Shown here piece after piece: positions 18,892 through 28,314 of a stretch of DNA of 64,000 bases. The stretch spans positions 576,001-640,000 of the forward strand of contig CAWFJJ010000001.1 in assembly GCA_963816185.1 (NCBI GenBank). The letters run 5' to 3'. Both the position numbers and the translations under genes were made by a program. The DNA is from Thermoanaerobaculia bacterium. Lineage in GTDB: Bacteria; Acidobacteriota; Thermoanaerobaculia; UBA5066. The notes below the pieces were generated by a model. The model was not told the origin of the DNA. It saw nothing but the letters and a program-made list of their open reading frames with translations, and did not search any database. Each line of letters starts with the position of its first letter. The first letter of the stretch is position 1.

Positions 18892-19417
18892 GGCTGGCTT
18901 CGGACGGGTAGCCCTTCTGGACCCAGTCCCGGCCGAAGTTCTTCGCGATGTAGAGGACCCTCACGCGCGTGAAGCCCGCCGCCTGCAGCATCGTCCACGG
19001 CTTCTCGAGGTTCGGGCAGCGCTCCCAGGGGCAGCAGCCGCAGTAAAGGACGATCGGGGTCGTCCTGGGGAGCGCCGCGACGGCTTTCCGAAGCGCGTCC
19101 ACCGCCGACGGGTCCATGCCTGGCCCCGCGTACCGCGACCCTGGGATGTGCGCCTGGGTGTAGAGGACGCGGAATCCGACGTGGAACATCACTGGCTTCT
19201 CGGCGCCTGGGGTCTGCAGGAGTTTCGCGAGCTCTTCCGGAGACGTCCGTTCCGCGTTCGGCCAGGAAGGGACGAGTTTCGCGGCCGGGACCGGCTCCTC
19301 GGAGCGCGCGCGGCCCGCCGGGAGGGACGCGAGCAGCGCGCCGAGGATCAGCAGCGCGCCGGTGCCCGCAACGTGGTGGCGCCGGCGGCCCGGGAGGGGA
19401 GAGAGAGTCGTGGTCAT
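18884..19417 (-). CDS. Exported rhodanese-like protein
   Basis: Signal peptide, AHIPGS and IVLYCGCCPWERCPN. Confidence 0.75.
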   Translation of the reverse strand: MTTTLSPLPGRRRHHVAGTGALLILGALLASLPAGRARSEEPVPAAKLVPSWPNAERTSPEELAKLLQTPGAEKPVMFHVGFRVLYTQAHIPGSRYAGPGMDPSAVDALRKAVAALPRTTPIVLYCGCCPWERCPNLEKPWTMLQAAGFTRVRVLYIAKNFGRDWVQKGYPSEASRG

Positions 19418-19465
19418 GGGAACCTCCGTCGTCCTTGCTTCGGACCCTGCGCCATCATCGCCCGG

Positions 19466-20611
19466 TCAACGCTCGAGGCGGAACTCCCATCCGCAGCTGC
19501 CCTCGGCGCCGGCGTCCGGCGGGCAGTGCAGGCAGCGCGTCGTGATGCGCGGATCGACCGTGCTCGCGAACGTCGAGAACTCGACCTCGCCGACGGGCCG
19601 GCACGGGAAGTCGGGCAGGCCCTTCCGGCGGCGGGTCTCCTGCACCCGGCAGGACGTCATGAAGAACCGCAGGACTGGCCCGTCCCGCTCGATCCGGCTC
19701 GGGTTCACGAAGCTGTACGCGCGGAAGGAGAGCGCCCGCGCGAGGGCGTCGAGGCCGCCGTCCTTCGGGATCGCGTACGCCTCCAAGATGCGGCGTGCCT
19801 CGGCCGCAGCGAACCGCCGCCACGCTGCCGCGTCGAGCTCCATCGCTACGTCCATCCCGTGGCGCTCCTCGGCGGCCAGAAACCAGCTGCCGTCATGCGC
19901 GAGCCAGTTCTTCGCGAAGACATCGAGGGCCCTGAAGAGTCCGGCGCGGTCGAGCGCGTCGAACGCCGGCGGCGCCGCGGCGCGCGCAGCGGCCGCGGGG
20001 ATGCGGAAGGCCGCGAAGCGCTCGTGGTGGGCCTCGCCGGCGCCCGTCTCCTCGAGGCCGAGCCCCACGAGGAAACCGCGAGCCCAGTCGAGGGTGGCGG
20101 GGCCCTCCGGGTGCACGCCGCCTTCGGCCGCGAGGACGCGCGCCGCGAAGTCGAAACCCTCGCGAGAGAAGTCCGCGAGAACGAGGACGCCGCCGGACCG
20201 GACGACGCGGACGACCTCTCGGAGGACGGGCGCGCCATCGGCGAGGTGGTGGAGGACGTTGAACGAGACGGCGGCCGCGAACGCGCCGTCCGGGAAGGGA
20301 AGGGCGGCGCCGTCCGCGGGCGTGAAGCGCACGCGCGACTCGAGGCCCGTCCCTTCCGTCAGGGAGGCGGCGACCTCCTGGTCCTCGGCGCTCACGTCCA
20401 CGCTCTCGACCGCGAGACCCCGGCGTGCGAGCTCGCGGGCCATGACGCCCATCCCCGAGCCGAGGTCGAGGACGGGGCCTTCGAGCGGGCCGGCGCCGTC
20501 GAGGACGAGGGCCGCGGCGCGTGCACCGTCGTGTCCGAGGGCGGCGAACGCCTCCTGCCGCTTGAAGAAAGATTCCTTCCGCCGTGCGAGGTCGTCCGGA
20601 GTCGGTGTCAC
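19466..20611 (-). CDS. Class I SAM methyltransferase fused to DUF6125-like Cys-rich domain
   Basis: VLDLGSGMG, LPFPDGAF and VLHH. The C-domain has WLAHDGSWF, CRVQ...FPC and CLHCPPD...CGWEF. Confidence 0.75.
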   Translation of the reverse strand: MTPTPDDLARRKESFFKRQEAFAALGHDGARAAALVLDGAGPLEGPVLDLGSGMGVMARELARRGLAVESVDVSAEDQEVAASLTEGTGLESRVRFTPADGAALPFPDGAFAAAVSFNVLHHLADGAPVLREVVRVVRSGGVLVLADFSREGFDFAARVLAAEGGVHPEGPATLDWARGFLVGLGLEETGAGEAHHERFAAFRIPAAAARAAAPPAFDALDRAGLFRALDVFAKNWLAHDGSWFLAAEERHGMDVAMELDAAAWRRFAAAEARRILEAYAIPKDGGLDALARALSFRAYSFVNPSRIERDGPVLRFFMTSCRVQETRRRKGLPDFPCRPVGEVEFSTFASTVDPRITTRCLHCPPDAGAEGSCGWEFRLER

Positions 20612-20793
20612 GCGTCCGTTTCCTTCCTCGTCTCAGGCGAGTCCGTCTTCGTCCGGGTCGAGCAGCTCGTCCCGCCGCCGGCGGGACCTCTCGCCCCTCA
20701 CGTCGGGACACCGAGGCGCGGGAAGACGAACTTCTGGAGGAGAATCCACACGAGGAGCGCGCCCCACAGCCACGCGGCGTCGGCGCTCATCAT
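20608..20793 (-). CDS. Probable small single-TM selenoprotein (UGA at codon 32 read as Sec), 61 aa
   Basis: MMSADAAWLWGALLVWILLQKFVFPRLGVPT-U-GARGPAGGGTSCSTRTKTDSPETRKETDA*. GGAG RBS upstream, SECIS-like hairpin after UGA, and the final stop overlaps the next gene's GTG. Confidence 0.7.
20669..20697 (-). promoter_or_regulatory. Candidate bacterial SECIS element
   Basis: UGA + 10 nt + GTCCCGCC-GGC-GGCGGGAC, a perfect 8-bp stem with the loop starting 18 nt after UGA. Confidence 0.65.
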
Positions 20794-20841
20794 CGGCTCC
20801 GGGCGCCCGCGCGGGCGCGGCTCAACGCGGTCATGAATTAC

Positions 20842-20870
20842 AATATAATCATTAAGTTATAGATGGTCAA
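20842..20870 (-). promoter_or_regulatory. Sigma70 promoter with overlapping palindromic operator (site 1, 20845-20860)
   Basis: TTGACC-17 nt-TATATT and operator ATAATCATTAAGTTAT in an AT-rich patch. Confidence 0.65.
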
Positions 20871-22080
20871 CTCCCCGGACCGCCGCCGCTCCCTCCTCTT
20901 CGCGTCGCCCGTCCTCGCGGCCCTGCCGATCGCGGCGGCGCTCGTCGGCGTCGCGCTTGTGGCGGCGAGCTCCCTCCGGGCGCGGGACGCGGCCGTGCGC
21001 GACGGGCTCCTTGCCCGCGCGGGTCACGAACTCGAGGCCCGGCTTCGGAACGACGGTCCCGAAGGCGCACCGCGGGCCCTCGGGGAGTTCCTGACCGCCA
21101 ACGCGACCCTCGTAAGGGGGGTCGAGGTGGTCGGACCTTCGGGGACGGCGGAACGCCGCGGCGAGACCGAGGGGACGCCGGTCGAGATGCCCGCGATGCT
21201 GGGCCCGGGCTGGCGGCCCGCCGGAGGCGGCGCGATGCCCGGCCTCGGCCTCCCGGAAGGCCATCGGGGCTCCGGCCGCGGTCCTTACACGCTCCGCTTC
21301 TATCCGGCCCGCGGCGCCGGAGCCGAGGGCGGCCTCGCGCTCGCTCTCGTCCTCGGGTCGGCTGCGGCGGGCGCAGGCCTCGTCGTCCTGTCGCTCGTGG
21401 CGGCGCGCGGCCTCGCCGAGCGCGCCCGGCGCGAGCGCCTCGAGGCCGAGCGCGAGCGGCTCGACGCCGTGGCCCTCACGGGCGCCGGCCTCGCCCACCG
21501 GGTCCGCAACCCTCTCGCCGCGATCAAGGGCACCGCGCAGCTCATGGCGGACCGCCCCGGCCAGCAGGTCGCCGAGCGTTCGCGCCGGATCGTCGAGGCG
21601 AGCGCCCGCATCGAGGAGCTCGTGACGCAGATTCTGAGGTTCGCCCGGCCCGTCGAGCCCCAGCCGGAGAGCCTCGACCTCGTCGCGCTCGCGAGCGAGG
21701 CCGCGGATCGCGCGGGCGGGGCCGTGACGGTCTCCGGCCCGCCGGCGGTGCGCGCGTTCGCGGACGGAGGCCACGCGGCCGACGTGCTCGACGAGCTTCT
21801 CGCGAACGCGCGTGCGCACGATCCCGCCGGGACTCTCGAGGTCGCCGCCGGGACGAGCGGCGGCGCGGCCTGGATCGAGGTCCGTGATCGCGGCCCGGGC
21901 CTCTCGGTGGATCCCGCGCATGCCTTCGACCCTTACGTGACGAGCCGGCCTGGCGGAACGGGGCTCGGCCTCCCGACGGTGAGGGCGCTCGCCCGCGCGA
22001 ACGGCGGCGAGGTGACTCTCGACGCGCGCGCGGACGGCGGCTGCGTGGCGCGGCTGAGCCTGCCGCAGAAGCCGGTCTGA
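20863..22080 (+). CDS. Membrane sensor histidine kinase
   Basis: Two TM helices, LAHRVRNPL H-box, ELLANA, DRGPG and GTGLGL. Confidence 0.85.
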   Translation: MVNSPDRRRSLLFASPVLAALPIAAALVGVALVAASSLRARDAAVRDGLLARAGHELEARLRNDGPEGAPRALGEFLTANATLVRGVEVVGPSGTAERRGETEGTPVEMPAMLGPGWRPAGGGAMPGLGLPEGHRGSGRGPYTLRFYPARGAGAEGGLALALVLGSAAAGAGLVVLSLVAARGLAERARRERLEAERERLDAVALTGAGLAHRVRNPLAAIKGTAQLMADRPGQQVAERSRRIVEASARIEELVTQILRFARPVEPQPESLDLVALASEAADRAGGAVTVSGPPAVRAFADGGHAADVLDELLANARAHDPAGTLEVAAGTSGGAAWIEVRDRGPGLSVDPAHAFDPYVTSRPGGTGLGLPTVRALARANGGEVTLDARADGGCVARLSLPQKPV

Positions 22081-22081
22081 G

Positions 22082-23365
22082 ATGGCGCGCGTCCTCGTCG
22101 CCGACGACGATCCGTCCTTCCGCGCGCTCCTACGCGACATCCTCGAGGGGGAGGGGCACACCGTCGTCGAGGCCCGCGACGGGGAGGAGGCCCTGCGCTT
22201 GGCGCGCCGAGAGGCCTTCGCCCTCGTGCTGACAGACCGCCGGATGCCCGCACGGGACGGAATCGCGCTCCTCAAGGCGCTGCGGGCCGAGCTCCCGGCG
22301 CCGCCCCCCGTCGTCGTCTTGACCGGATTCGGGACGATCCCGGAGGCCGTCGAGGCCGTACACCTCGGCGCCGCCGACTACCTTGCCAAGCCGCTCGAAT
22401 CCCCGCGCGCGCTCCTCGCGGTGGTCGACCGGCTCCTCGCGCCCGAGGCGCCGGCGGAGGAGATCGTGACGGGCGACGCCGGGCTCCGCGAGATCCTCGC
22501 GCTCGTCGATCGCGTCGCCCCCGCCGACGTGCCGGTCCTCGTGACGGGCGAGTCGGGCACGGGCAAGGAGCTCGTCGCGCGGCGGATTCACGCGCGCTCG
22601 CCGCGCGCCGCGGGCCCGTTCGTCGCCGTCAACGCGGCGGCGCTTCCCGAGTCGCTCGCCGAGAGCGAGCTCTTCGGGCACGAGCGCGGCGCCTTCACGG
22701 GCGCGGACCGTGCCCGGGCAGGGCGTTTCGAGGAGGCGAACGGCGGGACTCTGTTCCTCGACGAGATCGGGGATCTCGCCGCGCCCCTCCAGGCCAAGCT
22801 CCTGCGCGTCCTCGAGGACGGCCGCGTGCGGCGCCTCGGAAGCGAGCGGGACGTGACGGTCGACGTCCGACTCGTGGCCGCCACGAACCGCGACCTCGCG
22901 CGCGAAGTCGAGGCCGGCCGGTTCCGGCGCGACCTCTTCTTCCGCCTCGCCGTCGTCCCCGTCGCCCTGCCGCCGCTGCGCGAGCGACGGGCCGACATTC
23001 CGCTCCTCGCGCGCCATTTCGCGGTGCGCCTCGCGGCGCGGCACCGCCTGCCGGTGCCCGAGCTCACGCCGGAAGCGCTCGACGCACTCGAAGCGCACGA
23101 CTGGCCTGGCAACGTCCGCGAGCTGCGCAACGCGCTCGAACGCGCGGTGGTGGTCCGCGGCGGCCAGGCGATCCGGGGAGAGGACGTTCGCCCGGCCGCG
23201 GCCTCGGGCACGCAGGTGCTCACGCTCGACGAGGAAACACGCGAGCGTGAGGCCGCACTCGAGGCCCTGCGTCTCTCGGGCGGCAACCGGGACGCGGCCG
23301 CCCGCCGCCTCGGAATCTCCGTGCGCACGCTCTATTACCGCCTCCGGCGCTGGGGCCTGAACTGA
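22082..23365 (+). CDS. NtrC-family sigma54 response regulator
   Basis: REC (LVADDD, LTDRRMP), [24 protein letters not shown] and HTH. Confidence 0.9.
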   Translation: MARVLVADDDPSFRALLRDILEGEGHTVVEARDGEEALRLARREAFALVLTDRRMPARDGIALLKALRAELPAPPPVVVLTGFGTIPEAVEAVHLGAADYLAKPLESPRALLAVVDRLLAPEAPAEEIVTGDAGLREILALVDRVAPADVPVLVTGESGTGKELVARRIHARSPRAAGPFVAVNAAALPESLAESELFGHERGAFTGADRARAGRFEEANGGTLFLDEIGDLAAPLQAKLLRVLEDGRVRRLGSERDVTVDVRLVAATNRDLAREVEAGRFRRDLFFRLAVVPVALPPLRERRADIPLLARHFAVRLAARHRLPVPELTPEALDALEAHDWPGNVRELRNALERAVVVRGGQAIRGEDVRPAAASGTQVLTLDEETREREAALEALRLSGGNRDAAARRLGISVRTLYYRLRRWGLN

Positions 23366-23492
23366 CTGCAGCACGTGCGGGGCAGACTGCAGATCGTGCA
23401 GGCCGGAGAGGCGCATCGGACCGACGGGATCGACACAAGACACTGACAGGCCGTCCCTTGTATCGCCGGTCCCTGTTGGCAAGGCCCGTGCA
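23364..23492 (+). promoter_or_regulatory. Tandem enhancer sites and sigma54 promoter
   Basis: GACTGCAG-N3-GTGC(G/A)GG occurs twice, 21 bp apart. TTGGCAAGGCCCGTGCA lies at 23476-23492. Confidence 0.6.
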
Positions 23493-23520
23493 GACGGACC
23501 GGGAGAGAAGGAGATCAACC

Positions 23521-24039
23521 ATGAACAAGAAGATCGCCACACTGGCCCTCATCGCCCTCGCCCTCCCGGCTGCCGCTCAGATGGGCCGCGGCCCCGCGAA
23601 CGGAATGCCCGCAGCGCAGGCGACCCAGGTCGACGTCACGAAGTCGTCCACCGTCCTCGGCGACGTCGTCTCGCTCAAGGGCGGCCCCGGTCTCGGCATG
23701 CCGACCCTGACCGTGAGGGTCAGTGGCAAGGAGGAGTCGTACGTCCTCGGCGGGTACCGGTATCTCGCCGCGCAGAACTTCGTGCCCGTCGCCGGCGATG
23801 CCGTCCGGCTCCTGCTCTACGCGTGTGCCGCGTGCCCGCAGGGTTCCGTCGTCGCGGAAGTCGAGAACCTCACGCAGAAGACCACGTTGAAGCTCCGGAA
23901 CGCCGACGGGACGCCGGTCTTCTCCGGCGCTCGCAGAGGGCGCCTGGGGGCGCGCGCGGGTGCCGGCTGCTGCGGCGGCAACGGCGGCGGCCCGATGGAC
24001 GGGACCGGCCCGAACCCGAACTGCCCGAAGAAGTCCTGA
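23521..24039 (+). CDS. Exported hypothetical protein with Cys motifs (CAAC, CCG, NPNCP)
   Basis: AAGGAG RBS, signal peptide and typical codon usage. Confidence 0.7.
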   Translation: MNKKIATLALIALALPAAAQMGRGPANGMPAAQATQVDVTKSSTVLGDVVSLKGGPGLGMPTLTVRVSGKEESYVLGGYRYLAAQNFVPVAGDAVRLLLYACAACPQGSVVAEVENLTQKTTLKLRNADGTPVFSGARRGRLGARAGAGCCGGNGGGPMDGTGPNPNCPKKS

Positions 24040-24071
24040 GGCTCGCTTCGCTCGCGGGCGGGAGCTCGGCC

Positions 24072-25298
24072 TCACACCCGCGAGATCGCGGCTCCCGCCG
24101 GGACGACCTCCGCGGCCTTCTCGAGCGCCTGCGCGAGGTCCGCGATCAGGTCGCGCACGTCCTCACAGCCGACGGAGAGACGGACGAGGTCGTCGGTGAT
24201 CCCGGCGGCCTCGCGCTCGTGCCGGGGCATCCCCGCGTGCGTCATCGAGGCGGGGTGCTCGATGAGCGTCTCGACGCCTCCCAGGCTCACGGCGAGCGTC
24301 GCGAGCCTCACGGAGTCGATGAAAGCCTTGCCCGCCTCGAGCCCGCCCCTGACACCAAACGAGAAGACGGCGCCCGGCCCGGACATCTGGCGCGCGGCGA
24401 GCGCGTGCTGCGGGTGGCTCGGGAGGCCGGGATGGAGGACCCACGCGACGCCGGGGTGCGCTTCGAGGAAGCGGGCGATCTCCAGGGCGTTCGTTTGCGC
24501 GCGCTCCATTCTGAGTCCGAGGGTCTTGACACCCCTGAGGACGAGCCACGCCTGGTGCGGGTCCATCGTCCCGCCGAAGGCGACGTGCACCTTGCGGAGC
24601 CTCTCGAGGAGCGCGGGCGTGCCCGCGATGATCGCGCCGCCGAGAACGTCCGTGTGGCCGGCGAGGTATTTCGTGAGGCTGTGGACCACGACGTCGGCCC
24701 CGAGGGCGAGCGGCTGCTGGAGAACCGGCGAGGCGAAGGTGTTGTCCACGACGAGGAGCGCGCCGTGCCGGTGCGCGATGTCCGCGCAGGCGGCGATGTC
24801 CGTGAGCTTCATCGTCGGGTTCGCCGGAGTCTCGAGGTAGACCATCTTCGTCGAGGGCCGCATCGCGGCCGCGACGTTTTCCGGCTTCGACGAGTCGACC
24901 CACGTCGAGGCGACGCCGAAACGCCGGTACTCGCCCTCCAGGACGAGGCGCGACGGCCCGTAGACCGAGTCGGTCCCGACGACGTGCGCGCCCTGCTCGA
25001 GGAACGTGACGTAGACCGTGTTGATCGCGGCCATGCCGGTCGCGGCGCCGAGCGCGCCGCAGCCGCCCTCGAGCGTCGCGAGGCACTCTTCGAGGGCCGC
25101 GACGGTCGGGTTTCCCAGACGCGTGTACTTGTACCCGGGATCTTTCCCCTGGAAGCGGGCCGCGCCCTCGTCCGCGTTCTTGAACGCGAACGTGGACGTC
25201 TGATAGATCGGCGTCGAGACGGCGCCCGTGGCGGGATCGGGGTGCTGCCCCGCGTGGATGATCCGGGTGGCCGGGTGCATTCGGCGGATGTCGGTCAT
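24072..25298 (-). CDS. Cys/Met metabolism PLP enzyme (methionine/cystathionine gamma-lyase family)
   Basis: PIYQTSTF, YTRLGNPT, ETPANP, DNTFASP, HSLTKYLAGH, SLGGVETL and RLSVG. Confidence 0.9.
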   Translation of the reverse strand: MTDIRRMHPATRIIHAGQHPDPATGAVSTPIYQTSTFAFKNADEGAARFQGKDPGYKYTRLGNPTVAALEECLATLEGGCGALGAATGMAAINTVYVTFLEQGAHVVGTDSVYGPSRLVLEGEYRRFGVASTWVDSSKPENVAAAMRPSTKMVYLETPANPTMKLTDIAACADIAHRHGALLVVDNTFASPVLQQPLALGADVVVHSLTKYLAGHTDVLGGAIIAGTPALLERLRKVHVAFGGTMDPHQAWLVLRGVKTLGLRMERAQTNALEIARFLEAHPGVAWVLHPGLPSHPQHALAARQMSGPGAVFSFGVRGGLEAGKAFIDSVRLATLAVSLGGVETLIEHPASMTHAGMPRHEREAAGITDDLVRLSVGCEDVRDLIADLAQALEKAAEVVPAGAAISRV

Positions 25299-25334
25299 GG
25301 CGTTTCCCTTTCCGTTCGCGAGCGGGGGCGCGGA

Positions 25335-26850
25335 CTACCGCCGCACCCACTCGCCTGCTTCATCCCGGAGCTCGTAGCCGTCCGCGAGCTCCCGGCCGCG
25401 GCGGGCGATGTGGTCGACGCCCTCGAGGAGCGTCTGGAACTCGTCCTCGGTGACCGTCGGCGAGAGGCTGATGCGGACCCACCCCGGCTTCTCGCCGAGG
25501 TGTCCCTCGTCGAGCCGGTGGCGGATCGCCTTCGAGCGCGCCTCGTCGATCTGGAGGAGGAGGTGCCCGTACGGACCCGCGCACATGCAGCCGGCCCGCA
25601 CCTGGATCCCGAAGAGGTCGTTCAGGAGCCGGGACGCGAGGTTGTGGTGGACGCTGGGGAAGATCACCGAGAGGACGCCGAGGCGCCGCGTCCCGAGGTT
25701 GCCGAGGAGGTAGAGATCGTCGCGCCCGCGAAAGACGCGGATCGCGCGAGAGAGATAGTCCTGCTCGATGCGTTCCGTGCGCGCGGCGCCGACGGCGGCC
25801 TTGAGGTCGAAGGCGAGCCCCGCCTGGATCGTCTGGACGATGGGGGGCGTCCCTCCCGTCTCGCGCGACTCGATCGCGCCGAGATAGCGGTGATCCCACG
25901 GGGAGGTGTAGAGAACCGTCCCGCCGCCGGGCTCCGCCGGAACGCGGTTCGTGAAGAGGCGCCGGTGCGCGACGAGGAGGCCCGGCGTCCGCGGACCGCC
26001 CAGGAACTTGTGGACGGAGAAGAACACGGCGTCGAGGGTTCCCTCCGGGTCGCCCGGAGGGTGCATGTCCACGTCCACGTACGGGCCCGCCGCGGCGAAG
26101 TCGAAGAACGCGAGCGCGCCGTGCCGGTGGAGGACGCGCGCGAGGCCGTGGACGTCGTTCAGGATCCCGGTGACGTTCGAGGCCGCGCTGAAGGTCCCGA
26201 TTTTCCAGGGGCGGTCCTCGTGCGCGGCGAGCTTCCGGTCGAGGTCCTCGAGGCTGATCCGCCCGTCCGCGTCGAACTCCACGTAGACGGAATCGCCGAT
26301 CGTCTCGCGCCATGCGATGTCGTTCGAGTGGTGCTCCATGAGCGACCGGAAGACGACGGGTCTGCCCTCCTTCGGGATGAGGCCCTGCGAGAGAGAAGCG
26401 CTCGTCGAGCTGGTCCGGGAGCCTGATTCCGAGGACGTGGATGAGCCGGTTGATCGCGCCGGTCGAGCCCGATCCGACGGGAATGACGACGTCGTCCCGC
26501 GTCGCCCCGATGTACGCCCCGATCTTCCGGAGGGCCCCTTCGTAGCGCTCGGTCATGAAGCGCCCGGTGAAGCTGCTTTCCGTGTGCGTGTTCGCCATGA
26601 AGGGGAGGACGCGTTCGTTCAGCTCCTCCTCGACCTCGCGGTGGAAGCGGCCGGAGGCGATGAAGTCGAAGTAGCGGAGGGGCACCTCGCCGAGGGGACC
26701 GGGGATCGTGGCTCCGGCGCCGACCACGCGACCGCGCAGAGTCGCGAGGAACGCGGCCTCTTCGGCCGGCGAGGACGTGACGACGGGACCGCGGGGCGCG
26801 GCGGACGCCGCGTCGACGAGGCGGGGCGGCCCGGGAGCGGCGCCGGTCAG
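25335..26850 (-). CDS. Aminotransferase class V / cysteine desulfurase-like PLP enzyme (one frameshift near 26385)
   Basis: ANTHTE, GSGSTGAIN, EHHSN, SVHKFLGGP, GGGTV, ETGGTP and RAGCMCAGPY. The start is uncertain (in-frame CTG overlaps the ArsR stop). Confidence 0.8.
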
Positions 26851-27221
26851 CGGCGGCCGCCTCGGCGGATGCGCGGGCGGGCGCGCCCGAGGATCGCGTC
26901 GGCCCTGTCGCGGGCTCCGCGCTCGACGCCCTCGCAGACGATCGAGCAGATCTTCAAGAGGGTGGGATCCGCGATCGAGTAGACGGTGCGCGTGCCGTCC
27001 TTGCGCCGGTCCACGAGCCCCGAGCCGTAGAGGACCGCGAGGTGCTTGCTCACGTTCGCCTGCGTGCCGCCGACCTCATCGAGGATGTCTCCGACGGAGG
27101 CCGCGCTCCGGAACAGCCGCCTCAGAATCTTGAGGCGCATCGGCTCGGAGAGCGCCCGGAAACGCACGGCGACCTCGTCGCAGGCCGCGTCGGTCAACGG
27201 AAGGTGCGCGTTCATCGCCAT
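26847..27221 (-). CDS. ArsR/SmtB family regulator (copy 1)
   Basis: FRALSEPMRLKIL, QANVSKHLAVL, VYSIAD and ICSIVC. Confidence 0.9.
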   Translation of the reverse strand: MAMNAHLPLTDAACDEVAVRFRALSEPMRLKILRRLFRSAASVGDILDEVGGTQANVSKHLAVLYGSGLVDRRKDGTRTVYSIADPTLLKICSIVCEGVERGARDRADAILGRARPRIRRGGRR

Positions 27222-27256
27222 ATGGTGATCATCGTGCCCGCGGCAGGGGAGGTCAA
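27214..27256 (-). promoter_or_regulatory. ArsR promoter with palindromic operator over the start codon (site 2, 27214-27229)
   Basis: TTGACC-17 nt-GATGAT and ATCGCCATATGGTGAT. Confidence 0.6.
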
Positions 27257-27305
27257 TGATACCGATGGAGGAGCCGCCTTCTCGAGGGTCTGCCTCGGCT
27301 GGTCG

Positions 27306-28190
27306 TCAGTCTTCGGGCCTGTCATGAACCGAATACTGGACCGTATTCTTCCCCTCGCGCTTGCCTTTCAGGAGCAAGCCGTCGGCGAGGGCAATCATTT
27401 GCGACACGTCGCGAGGCGGAACCATGCACACGAGGGCGCCCATCGTGAGCGTCACCGTGAGGCCCTCCGCCGCGGACTCTGCCTCCAGCGTATGGCGGAG
27501 CTTCTCGAGGGCGGCGCGAGCCGATTCGTAATCGGTTTCCGGCAGCACGAGGCCGAACTCGTCTCCACCCACTCGCGCCACGCGGTCGATGCTTCGAAGG
27601 GTCTGTCTCATCGTGTCTGCGACTTTCCGCAGGACCGCGTCGCCCCGGTTGTGGCCGAGCCGGTCATTGATGCTCTTGAAATCGTCGACGTCCGCGTAGA
27701 CGAGCGTGAACGGGCGGCCGTACCGCGACGCGCGCGCGAGCTCGAGACCGGCCTCCTCGTGAAATGAGCGCACGTTCCCGATTCCGGTCAGGAAGTCGGT
27801 CCGCGCCGACAGCGATTCCTCGTTGAGGCGCGTCTTCAGGCGGGTGAGCCCATACGCCGCAACGACGAGCAGCACGAGGCGCTTCATCGTGATGACGGCC
27901 GCGATCATCGGCTGGGCAAGAGTTCCTTCGGCAATCTCGACCGAGAGCCAGACGAGGACGGTCGCGACGGCGACGCCTGTGGCTCCTCGGAACCCCGCGA
28001 ACCAGGCCGCAACCGCCACCGGGAGCGCATAGACCAGGGATAGCCCGAGGTCCGGTCCCGCGAGGTAGTCGAGGGCACCGATCCCGAGGGCGAGGCCAAG
28101 CATCGCCAGAGTCCAGAAACCGGACCGCCGGGAGCGTGGCGCGATCGCGGCGAAATCGGAACCGGGAGGACGGCCCAGGGGAGTGAGCAT
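27306..28190 (-). CDS. Membrane diguanylate cyclase
   Basis: N-terminal TM helices, DFLTGIGN, DVDDFKSIND and RVGGDEF. Confidence 0.9.
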   Translation of the reverse strand: MLTPLGRPPGSDFAAIAPRSRRSGFWTLAMLGLALGIGALDYLAGPDLGLSLVYALPVAVAAWFAGFRGATGVAVATVLVWLSVEIAEGTLAQPMIAAVITMKRLVLLVVAAYGLTRLKTRLNEESLSARTDFLTGIGNVRSFHEEAGLELARASRYGRPFTLVYADVDDFKSINDRLGHNRGDAVLRKVADTMRQTLRSIDRVARVGGDEFGLVLPETDYESARAALEKLRHTLEAESAAEGLTVTLTMGALVCMVPPRDVSQMIALADGLLLKGKREGKNTVQYSVHDRPED

Positions 28191-28314
28191 GTTCAGGAAG
28201 CGGGCCCTCCTTTCCGGCGTGCGCCGAGCGATGTCAGATTGCCAGTCGAGAGTCTATTGAGGTCTCACGAAATGAGTCCCCAGAGGGCGGGCCGGACGTT
28301 CGGGCAGAGACCGA

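Noticed and set aside
24037-24072. UGA after the Cys-rich exported protein as a third Sec codon
   Set aside because: No clean hairpin at the right distance, and readthrough would run into a convergent gene.
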